Shown: positions 34,355 through 42,467 of the stretch, piece by piece
How positions within the stretch are numbered: the stretch's first letter is position 1
How the letters are laid out: every line of letters begins with the position of its first letter
IMG/VR virus record: IMGVR_UViG_3300048923_000295
Location: 16,938-80,937 of that record
Source of the DNA: a virus
Taxonomy: Duplodnaviria > Caudoviricetes
Length of the DNA stretch: 64,000 nucleotides
Reading direction: 5' to 3' (one strand)
The notes under the pieces: generated by a model
The model's database searches: none
Told to the model about the DNA's origin: nothing
The model's input: only the letters and a program-made list of their open reading frames with translations
Translations under genes and position numbers: made by a program

Positions 34355-34513
34355 ATGCTCCCCACGCGACTCCCTGACGGGAAGATCCGCACCATGAAGA
34401 CCGTCGGCGGCGGCCCGACCAGCGGGCTGATCGGTGACGCGGTCGTCATCCTCAAGCCCGGTGACGACGGTTACGCGAAGGTCGACGCCTGGCTCAAGTC
34501 CCGCGGCAAGTAG
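34355..34513 (+). CDS. small protein downstream of the peptidase
   Basis: RLPDGKIR...GLIGDAVVILKPGDDGYAKVDAWL. Confidence 0.6.
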   Translation: MLPTRLPDGKIRTMKTVGGGPTSGLIGDAVVILKPGDDGYAKVDAWLKSRGK

Positions 34514-34528
34514 CACCCTGGGGGTCGT

Positions 34529-35686
34529 GTGGCCCCCACCCCGGACGACGCCTCCCACCTCGGCGAGCAGATCCGCCGGGCGTATGAGGACCTCGAGCTC
34601 GGCCTGGTCGCCCGCATCGCCCGCGCGCTCGGCGTCGGCCGCGGCACGTTGGGCTCGGCGCTCGGTAAACGTGGCGCGCTCCGCAGGGCCGTGCAGCGTC
34701 TCCTCGCCCGGCTGGCCGCACGCCTCCGTCGAGAGCTACCCAGGCTCGTCGAGGAGGCGTACCAGATCGGCGCCGACGAAGCGGCGCGCGAGCTCCGTCG
34801 CCTCCGCCGCCTCGACGAGGACCAGAGGCCCCGCCGGGAATCCCCGGGAGGCCGTGGCCGCGCGCTCCCGATCCGCCCGCCGCTGCGCTCCCCCCTACCC
34901 GGCCCGGCCCGTCGGGACGAGCTCGCCGAGCGGCTGATCCGCGAGTTTCACCCCCAGGTGCTACGCGGCGTCGATGACGCGTTCCGCAGGATCGTCGCCG
35001 AGGTGTACGCCCCGGCGCTGGTCGAACCGGCGACGCGGCTGGAGGCGTCGCAGCGGGTCCTCGCCCGGTTCGCCGAGGAGGGCATCGTCGGGTTCACGGA
35101 CCGTGCTGGCCGCAGATGGAGACCGGAATCCTACGCGGAGATGGCGATGCGGGCCGCGTTCGCGCGCGCCACGATCGCTGGGGCACTCGACCAGTACCGC
35201 GCGGACGGCATCGTCTGCGTCGCCGTGCCGAACATTCCGTACGAGTGCGAGAAGTGCCGACCCTTCGAGGGCAAGACGTTGTCGATCACCTCTGGGGCGA
35301 AACCGCCGCGCGGCGTGCGGGTGTTCACCTCCCTCGAGAACGCCATGGCGCGCGGCTTCCTCCACCCGAACTGCCGGCATACCCTCCTGCCGGTCTCGTC
35401 GGCCGGTGTGGTCGCGGCGATGGAGCCGGCGGAGCCGGATCCCGAGGGCTACAAGGCGACGCAGCAGCAGCGCGCCCACGAACGCCGCATCCGCGCAGCC
35501 AAGCGCGCCCTGGTGGCCGCGCAGGAGTCCGGCGCCCCGCCCGCCGACGTCCGACGGGCCCGCGAGCGGGTGAGCCGGCAGCAGGCCGCGCTCCGCACGT
35601 TCCTGGCTGCCAACCCGCAGCTGCTGCGGTACAGCTCCCGCGAGCAGGTCCGCCGCGCCGGGGAAACGGTCGAACGCGCCGTCTAA
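34529..35686 (+). CDS. minor capsid protein (MuF / phage minor capsid 2-like)
   Basis: DRAGRRWRPESYAEMA.R, CEKCRPFEGK, GFLHPNCRH, QRAHERRIR. Confidence 0.88.
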   Translation: MAPTPDDASHLGEQIRRAYEDLELGLVARIARALGVGRGTLGSALGKRGALRRAVQRLLARLAARLRRELPRLVEEAYQIGADEAARELRRLRRLDEDQRPRRESPGGRGRALPIRPPLRSPLPGPARRDELAERLIREFHPQVLRGVDDAFRRIVAEVYAPALVEPATRLEASQRVLARFAEEGIVGFTDRAGRRWRPESYAEMAMRAAFARATIAGALDQYRADGIVCVAVPNIPYECEKCRPFEGKTLSITSGAKPPRGVRVFTSLENAMARGFLHPNCRHTLLPVSSAGVVAAMEPAEPDPEGYKATQQQRAHERRIRAAKRALVAAQESGAPPADVRRARERVSRQQAALRTFLAANPQLLRYSSREQVRRAGETVERAV

Positions 35687-35711
35687 CGATCAACGACGAG
35701 AGGTAGTCACC

Positions 35712-35936
35712 ATGGCCGACACGGACCTCGACGAGGCGCTCAACCGATTCCGCTTCCACCCGGCGGGGACCGTCGAGCGGCAGCGGGCGCATGAGGACGT
35801 GCGGAACGTCTGCGCCGGGGCGCTGCGCGACCTGTGGGTGTTGGTCCCGGCGTCGCCGGAGCGGGATCGGATGGTCGATGCGCTCGACGGCGTGTGCATG
35901 CTGGCGAACGCCGCGGTCGCGCGTCACGGGAAGTAG
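35712..35936 (+). CDS. Acb2/Tad1-like helical-hairpin protein (candidate nucleotide-signal sponge)
   Basis: NRFRFHPA...HEDVR...PASPER...DALD...ANAAVARH parallels the RFTYH...P.SRE.S.A.T.LEE..MWANAAIAR family. Confidence 0.6.
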   Translation: MADTDLDEALNRFRFHPAGTVERQRAHEDVRNVCAGALRDLWVLVPASPERDRMVDALDGVCMLANAAVARHGK

Positions 35937-35939
35937 ATC

Positions 35940-36287
35940 ATGGCCGGCGGTGGGATGCGGGTTCGGGCGGACTGGCGCGGCAGCCGGATTCTCGCCCGGA
36001 TCCCGATCGTTCGCCGCCGGGCGTTGCAGCGGGCTGGGCATATGTGGCTGGCCCGGTCGCAGGCGATCGTGCCGCTGCGTGAGGGGCATCTGCTGCGCAC
36101 CGGCAAGATGACGTTGGCTGATCGCAGTGTGACTGTTGCGTTCGGGACGCCATACGGCGCCCGTCAACACGAAGAGCTATCTTACCGTCACCTTCCGGGG
36201 CGGCAGGCGAAGTACATCACGGACGCGGTTCCCCCCGGCGCCCTACAGGCCGCTCTCGCCGAGGCTTTCCGCGAACTCTTCCGCTGA
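35940..36287 (+). CDS. HK97 gp10-like neck / tail-completion protein
   Basis: SQAIVPLREGHLLRTG...FGTPYGARQHEELSYRH..GRQAKY. Confidence 0.8.
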   Translation: MAGGGMRVRADWRGSRILARIPIVRRRALQRAGHMWLARSQAIVPLREGHLLRTGKMTLADRSVTVAFGTPYGARQHEELSYRHLPGRQAKYITDAVPPGALQAALAEAFRELFR

Positions 36288-36303
36288 CCATCTGGAGGCC
36301 ATC

Positions 36304-36396
36304 ATGCGCGCCGACGTGAACGCCCTGCTCGCCGCCCTCGCCGCCCTCGTCATCATCATCGTCGGCGTCGTCTGGCTCATCCAGCAGGCCCACTGA
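36304..36396 (+). CDS. 30-aa membrane peptide
   Basis: GGAGG SD; single TM. Confidence 0.55.
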   Translation: MRADVNALLAALAALVIIIVGVVWLIQQAH

Positions 36397-37205
36397 TGGC
36401 CCGCCGCCCCGTCTCCGCCGCTGCCCGCGCGGCGATCGCCGCCGGGTTGCGCCACTACTGGGAGACCCACGGCGGCGGCAACGGCAGATCGGCGCGCAGC
36501 GGGAGCGGCCGGGCCCGCTCCGGCTCCGTCCGCCTCGGCCCGCTCCGCGTAGGCGTAGGAGTCCGCGAGCGCGGCGCCGCACCGCAGGGCAGCCTGAACA
36601 CGGCCGCGCACGCCTACCGGCAGCACCGCGCCGCCCAACGGCAGCGCGCCCTCGGCTCCGGCCTCGGTGACGGCGAGGTCGACCGGGCACGCGCCCAAGC
36701 CCGCGCAGGACGTGAGGCAGAGGCGGCCGCGCGGGACGAGCGGATGGCCCAGCGCCACCGCCGGCTCATGTCGCGCGGCCAGCAGTCCTCCCCCGAGCTG
36801 CGCGCCGCGCACCAGCGTCACCAGGCCAGGCAGCGTGAGCAGCGTGCGGCTCAGAGGGAGTTCGACCAGTACCGCCGGCCGAACCCAGGTGAGCAGCGCC
36901 GTGCCCAGCCCGCCCGGCGCCGCGCACCGTCCGGAGGTCAGCGGCGTACTTCGCAGCCGGGTCAGCGGCGGACATCCCCACGGCCACCACCCGACCAACC
37001 CCGACCGCAGCCGCAGCGTCGCCGCCAACCGAACGGCGACCTCCGCGACCGCATGGGCGCCGCCTCACGGGAATTGCATGCAGCCCGCCGAGACGAGCAG
37101 ATGGCTCAGAGGCACCGCCGGCTCCTCCGGCAGGGCCGGCAGTCGACACCCGAGCTGGAAGCGGCCGCGCGCCGGCACGCGGCCCGGCAGCGCCGGCCAC
37201 GCTGA
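36396..37205 (+). CDS. Arg/Gln-rich basic protein with internal duplication
   Basis: RDERMAQRHRRLMSRGQQSSPEL and RDEQMAQRHRRLLRQGRQSTPEL. Confidence 0.6.
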   Translation: MARRPVSAAARAAIAAGLRHYWETHGGGNGRSARSGSGRARSGSVRLGPLRVGVGVRERGAAPQGSLNTAAHAYRQHRAAQRQRALGSGLGDGEVDRARAQARAGREAEAAARDERMAQRHRRLMSRGQQSSPELRAAHQRHQARQREQRAAQREFDQYRRPNPGEQRRAQPARRRAPSGGQRRTSQPGQRRTSPRPPPDQPRPQPQRRRQPNGDLRDRMGAASRELHAARRDEQMAQRHRRLLRQGRQSTPELEAAARRHAARQRRPR

Positions 37206-37236
37206 CGCGCTTCGGCGCCCCGACCGCGAGGGGGTG

Positions 37237-37447
37237 ATGATCACTGTGCCCGATCACGCGCCCCGTCCATTCAAGTCCCGGGCCCAGTGGCGAAGATCGC
37301 CTGTTCATGGCGAAGGCCGCGAAGGGCTCCCCGAAGTGGAAGAAGTGGGCGACGGAGAAGGCGCACGCCACCCCAGGCGGCCCCGTCGCCCGCTACCGCC
37401 ACCTTCCCGAGCGGACGGGCGGCCCGACGGCACGCACAGCCCGGTAG
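37237..37447 (+). pseudogene. frameshifted small basic phage protein (PFKSRAQWR..FMAK..KWA..LPER family)
   Basis: Removing GAAGATC (37292-37298) restores ...QWRLFMAKAAKGSPKWKKWATEKAHATPGG...YRHLPER. Confidence 0.5.
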
Positions 37448-37759
37448 GAGCTCACGGAGGGGGCGTCAGGGGACCGCGAAGCCCCTGCCCTTGCGCGACC
37501 TGACGGCCGGTCGGCCTGCACCACCGCTTGTCCCGCGCGCTGCACAGCGTCCTGCGCTCGCCTGCGGGCCCATCTGAGGCGGGGACCGAGCCGGGTGCGC
37601 TGCTTCCGGCTCTGAGGGTCCGGATGCGCCGTCCTGCCACTCACCCCGTCCCCGCAGACAGCAGTGTAACCCCGGTCACACCCAATGACCCGGGGGAAAT
37701 CCCCCTCCCCCTCAAGGCCCGCCCAGGTGGCGGGCCTTCTTCATGCCCGGAGATCCCCT

Positions 37760-38677
37760 GTGCCCCACGCGCGCCGCCCTCGCACCCTCGACGAGCTGCC
37801 CATCCTCGGCCACCGCAAGGACGGCCGGCCGATCCGGCTCATCGCGGGCGGCAACGGCGACGACGGCGGGGACACCCTTGGAGGTCAGGCCCCGGCCGAC
37901 CCCGGGGGTGCACCGGCCGCCGCCCCCGCCGCTCCCCCCGCACCGGCCCGGACGGCCCCCGCGGTTCCGGCCGCGCCGCCGCAGGCGCCCGCCGTCCCCG
38001 CCGCCGGTGGTGGGCTGAGCCTGGCCGACCAAGGCATCACCCCGCAGTCCCTCGCCGCCGCGCTCGCAGCCCAGCAGCCGAGGCACGCCACCGACTCGGA
38101 TCGGGACATCTCCCGTCTCCCCCAGTGGGCGCAGACCGAGATCCGCAAGGCCCGTGACGGTGAGGCCGGCTACCGGGTCCGGTACCGCGAGGCCGAGCAG
38201 GCCGGCACCGAGCTGCGGCAGACCATCGCCGATGCCGCCGGCCTCGAAGTGTCCGAGGTCACCCCCGACACCCTCCAGGACCTTTTCGCGTACGCGGCCG
38301 GCGCCGCCCAGCGCGCCGAGGTCACCCAGGCCGCGCTCGTCGCCGCCGTCGAGCACGGCCTCGACCCGGCCGCCCTACTGAAGTGGCAGCCGTTCCTCGA
38401 CGCCGCGGACGCGTTGGACCCGACCGCCGACGACTTCCGGACGAGCATCGGCAGCCTCGTCCGGGACACCGGCGAGTCCACCCCGATTCTTCGGGCGCTC
38501 CAGACCGGCCAGGAGCCGGCACGGGGTGTTCCGTCGCGCTCCGGCGCACCGATTCCCGGCGGGTCCGGGAATCAGCCCCAGCTCACCATGGACGACGTCA
38601 ATGCGATGGCCGCCGACGGCCAGTTCGAGCGTATCGACCAACTCCGCCGCGAAGGCAAGCTGTCCCACCTCATCTGA
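37760..38677 (+). CDS. capsid scaffolding protein
   Basis: LPILGHRKDGRPIRLIAGG N-terminus, LPQWAQTEIRK.R.EA..YR, directly before the MCP. Confidence 0.85.
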   Translation: MPHARRPRTLDELPILGHRKDGRPIRLIAGGNGDDGGDTLGGQAPADPGGAPAAAPAAPPAPARTAPAVPAAPPQAPAVPAAGGGLSLADQGITPQSLAAALAAQQPRHATDSDRDISRLPQWAQTEIRKARDGEAGYRVRYREAEQAGTELRQTIADAAGLEVSEVTPDTLQDLFAYAAGAAQRAEVTQAALVAAVEHGLDPAALLKWQPFLDAADALDPTADDFRTSIGSLVRDTGESTPILRALQTGQEPARGVPSRSGAPIPGGSGNQPQLTMDDVNAMAADGQFERIDQLRREGKLSHLI

Positions 38678-38749
38678 GGTCACGCATTCCAGTACGCGCC
38701 CGGGTGGTGCGACTGACAGGACTTTCCGCACCGCCTGAAAGAGAATCAG

Positions 38750-39583
38750 ATGGCCATCAATCGGTTTGTGCCGATCATCTGGACGTCCGCGCTGATGTCC
38801 TCCCTCAAGAAGAGCCTGGTCTACGCGGACCTGTGTAACACCGACTATGAGGGCGAGATCCAGGCCGCGGGTAACACCGTGAAGATCACGTCGATTTCGC
38901 GGCCCACGATCAACAGCTACACCCGCAACAGCAACATCACCTACGAGGAGCTGACCGATGCGCAGCGGTCCCTCGTCGTGGACCAGGAGAAGTACTGGGC
39001 CGTCACCGTCGACGACGTCGACAAGGCCCAGGCCAAGGCCGACGTCGTCAGCGAGGCGATGTCCGAGGCGGCGTACGCACTGGCCGACACCATCGACCAG
39101 TACATCGCCGCGCTCTACACCCAGGCGCAGACCGCGAACCGCCTCGGCACCGTCTCCGTCACCACCGCCGACCTTGCGTACACGCAGATCCGGCTGATGA
39201 AGCTCAAGCTCGACCAGGCGAACGTGCCGCAGGAGGGCCGCTGGTTCACCTGTCCGCCGTGGTACCACTCGCTGCTGCTGGAGAACCAGAAGTTCGTGTC
39301 CTACATGAACTCGCAGAGCACCGAGCCGCTGTACAACGGCCGCGTCGGACGCGCCCTCGGATTCGACATCCGCGTGTCGAACAACGCCCCGCTGGTCACC
39401 GGCGACGACTATGCCGTCATGGCGGGCACCAATCGTGCGATCACGTTCGCCCGGCAGCTCACCAAGACCGAGGCGGGCCGTTCCGAGCAGCGTATCGGCG
39501 ACTGGATGCGCGGCATCGCGGTGTACGGCGCTAAGGTGATCCGCCCGGAGGGCATCGCGACCATGGTCGCGTCTATGACCTGA
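38750..39583 (+). CDS. major capsid protein (P22 coat-like family)
   Basis: FVPIIW, DYEGEI..GNTVKI, LVVDQEKYWAVTVDDVDKAQ, VPQEGRW, VYGAKVIRPE. Confidence 0.93.
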   Translation: MAINRFVPIIWTSALMSSLKKSLVYADLCNTDYEGEIQAAGNTVKITSISRPTINSYTRNSNITYEELTDAQRSLVVDQEKYWAVTVDDVDKAQAKADVVSEAMSEAAYALADTIDQYIAALYTQAQTANRLGTVSVTTADLAYTQIRLMKLKLDQANVPQEGRWFTCPPWYHSLLLENQKFVSYMNSQSTEPLYNGRVGRALGFDIRVSNNAPLVTGDDYAVMAGTNRAITFARQLTKTEAGRSEQRIGDWMRGIAVYGAKVIRPEGIATMVASMT

Positions 39584-39605
39584 TCTTTCCCCGCCATTCT
39601 TCATC

Positions 39606-39627
39606 GCCCCTCACAGGGGCTTTTTTT
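39606..39627 (+). terminator. intrinsic terminator after MCP
   Basis: GCCCCT-CAC-AGGGGC followed by T7. Confidence 0.8.
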
Positions 39628-39646
39628 ATGCCCAAAGGAGGGCGAT

Positions 39647-40027
39647 ATGGCGCGCACCGCCATTCCCTACACCAACCTGGTCGCCAACGGGAACGTCGCG
39701 CAGCCGGCCGGCACGACGATCGACGCGACGAACAGCCACGTCATCAACTCGGCCCGGCCCGAGCAGACGGTCCTGCGGGTCACGAACACCCACAGCTCCG
39801 ACCACGTGCTCACCATCAAGGCCGGGGACTACCCGCCCGCGTGGGCCGCCGGCCTCGGCGACCTCACCGTCACCGTCACCGCCACCTCGGGGGTGCAGTT
39901 CATCGGCCCGTTCGAGTCCGGCCGGTTCCTGAAGAAGAACACCGACGGCACGGCCGCGCTGAACATCGACATCGAGGCCGGGCACACCGGGACCATCGCC
40001 GCCCTGCTCGTCCCCCTGGCCGCCTGA
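39647..40027 (+). CDS. capsid decoration / cement protein
   Basis: Small beta-rich protein after MCP; AAGGAGG SD. Confidence 0.7.
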   Translation: MARTAIPYTNLVANGNVAQPAGTTIDATNSHVINSARPEQTVLRVTNTHSSDHVLTIKAGDYPPAWAAGLGDLTVTVTATSGVQFIGPFESGRFLKKNTDGTAALNIDIEAGHTGTIAALLVPLAA

Positions 40028-40377
40028 TGGCCGCCGAGGACGCCGCGCCGCTGACCGTGTTCCTGCGGCACGGCGGGGACCTGAACGAGCACGACTGGCC
40101 GCTGCACCCGGACATCGCCGAGCAGCTCGCGAAGGGCATGGTCACCCAGGCGTCGGAGCCCGGGCCGGCGACCTGGTTCAAGCCGCCGGAGACCGTGCCG
40201 TCGGAGTCGGAGCAGACCGGCCGGGAGATCTACGCCGACGACAGACCGCTTGTCCCGCACCGCGGCGCGCCCAAGAGCGAGTGGGTGGGCTACGCGGTGA
40301 AGGTCCACGGGGTCCGGCCTGACGACGCCGACGCGATGACGAAGCAGGACCTGATCGACCGGTACGGGCAGGGCTGA
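40027..40377 (+). CDS. small virion-associated protein
   Basis: C-terminal APKSEWVGYAV...DADAMTKQDLIDRYG motif. Confidence 0.7.
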   Translation: MAAEDAAPLTVFLRHGGDLNEHDWPLHPDIAEQLAKGMVTQASEPGPATWFKPPETVPSESEQTGREIYADDRPLVPHRGAPKSEWVGYAVKVHGVRPDDADAMTKQDLIDRYGQG

Positions 40378-40379
40378 CC

Positions 40380-40613
40380 ATGTCCAACCCGTACCGCGAC
40401 CGGCTGCTCGGGGTTGGGGTCCTGCGTCACGGCAGGACCCGACCCCGGGTTCGTGAGGGCCGCTCCCACCCGGAGACCGGCGTCCCGTTCAAGGCCGTCA
40501 CCGACGAGCTCGGATCCATCACGACCGAGCACGCCACCCGAGACGACCGGGTCGACGTCAACATCGCCGCGCCGCTCGTGCGCACACACCTATCCCAGAG
40601 CGAGGTCCGCTAA
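40380..40613 (+). CDS. hypothetical protein
   Basis: 77 aa ORF in operon. Confidence 0.6.
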   Translation: MSNPYRDRLLGVGVLRHGRTRPRVREGRSHPETGVPFKAVTDELGSITTEHATRDDRVDVNIAAPLVRTHLSQSEVR

Positions 40614-40882
40614 TGGACGAGCTGACCGACCTTCTCGGCGAGCTCAACGCCGACCAGCGGGCGGCGCTCCTCGCCCAGGTCCGCGGCCCGATCGTCGAGC
40701 GGCGTCTGGCCGCCGAGCTGGACGCGGCCACCGACACACACCGCGCCGAGCAGACCGACGAGTCCCGCGCCGCCTACCGGGCCGCCAACGACGCCCTCGT
40801 CTCCCACCGGCGGCAGATGCGCGCCGGACGCACCGGCGTTGGTGTCGGCGGCGACGCGGTCATGACCAGACAGGAGCAGTAG
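40613..40882 (+). CDS. hypothetical helical protein
   Basis: TAATG-coupled. Confidence 0.65.
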   Translation: MDELTDLLGELNADQRAALLAQVRGPIVERRLAAELDAATDTHRAEQTDESRAAYRAANDALVSHRRQMRAGRTGVGVGGDAVMTRQEQ

Positions 40883-40885
40883 GCC

Positions 40886-41365
40886 ATGGCGATCACCGTT
40901 TCCGGGCTGTACGTCGCGAACTGGATCGACATCCTCGACGCGACGCAGCTCGCGATCGACACGAGCCTGACCACGCACAAGCTCGCCCTCTACAACAACA
41001 CCCTCACTCCGAACTTCTCCAGCGACGTCGGCTACGGCGCCGCGCCGTTCACCTCCAACGAGGTGAGCGGTACCGGCTGGGCGTCGGGCGGTGTCGCGCT
41101 CTCGGCCGCCGCGTCCGGCGCGACGAGCACCTCGCCGACCACCACCGAGTCGCCCACCGGCACGCTCATGTACGACATGGGCGACGTCGCCGTGTCGGGC
41201 ACGACGCTCACCAACGCCCGCGGAGTCGTGCTCTACGCGAACGCGCTCACCAACAAGAACGCCATCGTCCTGATCAACTTCGGGGCCGACTATTCCACGA
41301 ACAATGGAATCTTCGGGATCACGTGGGCCGCGGGCGGTGTGTTCAACATCGATCTTACCCCGTAG
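40886..41365 (+). CDS. virion structural protein (fibre-base type)
   Basis: KLALY...NEVSGTGWASGGVAL...INFGAD..NG.F.ITW.A.G.F motif. Confidence 0.7.
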   Translation: MAITVSGLYVANWIDILDATQLAIDTSLTTHKLALYNNTLTPNFSSDVGYGAAPFTSNEVSGTGWASGGVALSAAASGATSTSPTTTESPTGTLMYDMGDVAVSGTTLTNARGVVLYANALTNKNAIVLINFGADYSTNNGIFGITWAAGGVFNIDLTP

Positions 41366-41399
41366 CCGCGCGGCGCCTCACACAAGAACGGACCGATCA

Positions 41400-41870
41400 A
41401 TGGCGAAAGCCGGATACAGCATCGTCACAGGCGGAGCCGTTGCTCTTTCCGCAGCCACCGCGAAAACGATCCTCGGTGTGAAGGCAACGTCCGGGTTCGG
41501 TATCGACCTTCAGTATGTCGAGGTGGGTTTCGACGGGGTCACTGCCGGCGCGACGCCGGTTCTCGTGGAAATCCAGTATTGCACGTGGGCGTCGAACTCG
41601 CCGGGTACGAACTCCACCTCGGTCACGCCCGCGCAGATCTACGGCCGGGCGGTCACGGTCGGAGCTACCGCAGCGAAAACTTGGACCACGGAACCGACGG
41701 CCATCACCACCTTCGACGAGGAGCTGCTGACCCCGTACGGCGGTCTCGTGAAATACGACTGGCCGTTGGGGCGCACCCCGGACAGTAACGTGAGCGAGGG
41801 GTTCACTATTCGCTGTACGGCTCCGGCCGCGGTGAACGTCCGCGCGACGATGATTTTCGAGAGGATCTGA
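41400..41870 (+). CDS. virion structural protein
   Basis: Beta-rich 156 aa ORF, lower GC. Confidence 0.7.
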   Translation: MAKAGYSIVTGGAVALSAATAKTILGVKATSGFGIDLQYVEVGFDGVTAGATPVLVEIQYCTWASNSPGTNSTSVTPAQIYGRAVTVGATAAKTWTTEPTAITTFDEELLTPYGGLVKYDWPLGRTPDSNVSEGFTIRCTAPAAVNVRATMIFERI

Positions 41871-41876
41871 TCCGGG

Positions 41877-42452
41877 GTGGCGTCAGTCGCCGACTCGTTC
41901 ACGTCCGGGACCGGGATCACGGCGCTTGTCGGGTCGTTCACGGCGACGGGCGGCCAGATCACCTCAGCGACCACAGGTAGTTTCGTCATCGGCCAGTATC
42001 AGGGCACTACTCTCGGCGCCGATCAGTTCGCTGAGATGACAATCGCGACGTTGGATGCGACAACGTCACGACGGTGGGGTGTCGCCACCCGCCTCGGCAC
42101 CGCAGGGGCTAACTACCAGCTTTATCTGGACGCATCGGCCGGCGGCACATGGGAATTGTCGAAATACACATCGTTTACCTACGCGACGGTTTCCGGTGTG
42201 CAGGCAATCACCATTTCTCTACCGATGAGAATCCGCCTGGAATCGATCGGCTCAACTCAGCGGGCGATCATCAATGGGATTCCTGTTGGCGCCTACACGG
42301 ACACTGGCGTGGCCACAGGAACTTATGTGGGGATCTACGGAAACGAACCAAACTCTGCCGTCGCCGGTGACGATTTTTACGGTGGCGACATGACACCGCC
42401 GCCGCCAACGCCGATGTCGCGTGCCGCGCTGGTCCGCGCGTCGTCGATCTGA
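41877..42452 (+). CDS. ConA/lectin-like beta-sandwich protein
   Basis: ADSFTSG..., YQLY, IRLESIG...ING, GTYVGIYG, DDFYGG. Confidence 0.65.
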   Translation: MASVADSFTSGTGITALVGSFTATGGQITSATTGSFVIGQYQGTTLGADQFAEMTIATLDATTSRRWGVATRLGTAGANYQLYLDASAGGTWELSKYTSFTYATVSGVQAITISLPMRIRLESIGSTQRAIINGIPVGAYTDTGVATGTYVGIYGNEPNSAVAGDDFYGGDMTPPPPTPMSRAALVRASSI

Positions 42453-42467
42453 TCCGGAGGTCGGGCC

